From Camelus dromedarius (Eukaryota): DNA of 64,000 nucleotides. The translations under genes were made by a program, and so were the position numbers. The stretch spans positions 8,990,001 through 9,054,000 of the forward strand of contig NC_087436.1 in NCBI RefSeq assembly GCF_036321535.1, in the 5' to 3' direction. Positions 63,040 to 64,000 of the stretch are shown one piece after another. Under the pieces are notes generated by a model. It was not told where the DNA came from. It saw nothing but the letters and a program-made list of their open reading frames with translations, and searched no databases. Every line of letters starts with the position of its first letter. Position 1 is the first letter of the stretch.

Positions 63040-64000
63040 ACATTATTAACTCATTAAAATATTCATATGCTAATATTCCATCAACAAGATGTACAGCAGT
63101 GACCCAAAAAGATGGAATCCATGTCCTCAGGTAACTCACATTTTAGAGAGGAAGGCAGACATTAATGGGATAAGCAAACAAAATATAGAGTTTCTCAGAA
63201 AGTGATAAGGCCACGATGAAAAAGAAAGCAGGGTAGAGAAGTGACAGTATGAGAAGAAAGGGAAGTTTCAGTCTTTAATAGAAGAGTCAGAGAAGACCTC
63301 ATGGAGAAGGTGGCCTGTAAGCACAGACATCAGTGTCATAAGGAATAAACCACATGGAGAACTGGGAAAGAGGGCTTCAGAAAGAGGGCGGATGGAGTGC
63401 AAAGACCCGAGGAAGAGAGGGCCTGATCTGTTCTTGCTCAAGAAGCAGCAAGGAAAACAAAAACAAACAAACAAAGGATAAATACAAAACAGAAACAGAC
63501 TCATAGAATACAAACTTGTGGTTGCCAAGGGGATGGAGGGAGGGAAGGGATAGACGGGATTTCAAAATTGTAGGATAGATAAACAAGATTATACTGTATA
63601 GCACAGGGAAATACATACAAGATCTTCTGGTAGCTCACAGAGAAAAAAAATGTGACAATGAAAATATATATGTTCATGTATAACTGAAAAGTTGTGCTCT
63701 ACCCTGGAATTTGACACAACATTGTAAAATGATTATAAATCAAAAAAAAAAAAAAAAAGCAGCAAGGAGGGGCAGTGTGGCGGGAGCTGCACGAGTGAAA
63801 AGAAATAGTGCTGGTTGAGGTCTGAGAGCTGGAGGCAGGTTCACCCCCCGCGGGGCCTTGTGAATAATTTTGGGTCTTTGGCCATTACACAGGCAGCATG
63901 ACACAAGAGTGGATTGAGCAGAGGAGCAACTTTATCCAAATCGTCCTGGATGCTGGATTGAGAAGAGTTTGAAGGGAAGAAAGGGCAGGCACGAAGTGAA
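63040..64000 (-). mobile_element. L2a fragment, interrupted by a young L1
   Basis: gtcctcaggtaactcacattttagagaggaaggcagaca...gtgcaaagacccgagg...aagcagcaaggaggggcagtgtggc. Confidence 0.8.
63455..63756 (+). mobile_element. Young L1 3' UTR insertion
   Basis: Nearly identical to 54145-54446; A tail; TSD aagcagcaagga at 63443-63454 and 63757-63768. Confidence 0.95.

Noticed and set aside
1..64000. CRISPR array or prokaryotic operon/defence system
   Set aside because: No regularly spaced direct repeats or operon-like ORF density; the content is mammalian.

Overview
AT-rich mammalian genomic DNA, most likely camelid (alpaca/llama/camel). That call rests on three Vic-1-type tRNA-derived SINEs and the absence of recognisable Alu, B1/B2, Bov-A/tA or PRE-1 SINEs. 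The window is intronic or intergenic and dominated by transposable elements: old and young LINE-1 copies (several with readable target-site duplications, TSDs), L2, L3, MIR, MLT1, five solo ERV LTRs, small DNA-transposon relics and one 4.5-kb non-coding ERV1-class provirus (32080-36619, minus strand). I recognise no host protein-coding gene; the long ORFs in the track are L1 ORF2 pieces or chance ORFs. The most unusual observations are: (1) the provirus has a matching 4-bp TSD, PBS and PPT, but its two LTRs carry unrelated U3 regions; (2) a twin-primed L1 with a ~1.6-kb internal gap; (3) a tail-less young L1 patch replacing part of an older L1; (4) nested L1s with both TSD pairs readable; (5) weak splice-site evidence for one plus-strand and one minus-strand transcript. 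Repeat family names come from memory of consensus sequences, not from a search, and the boundaries of old repeats are approximate.
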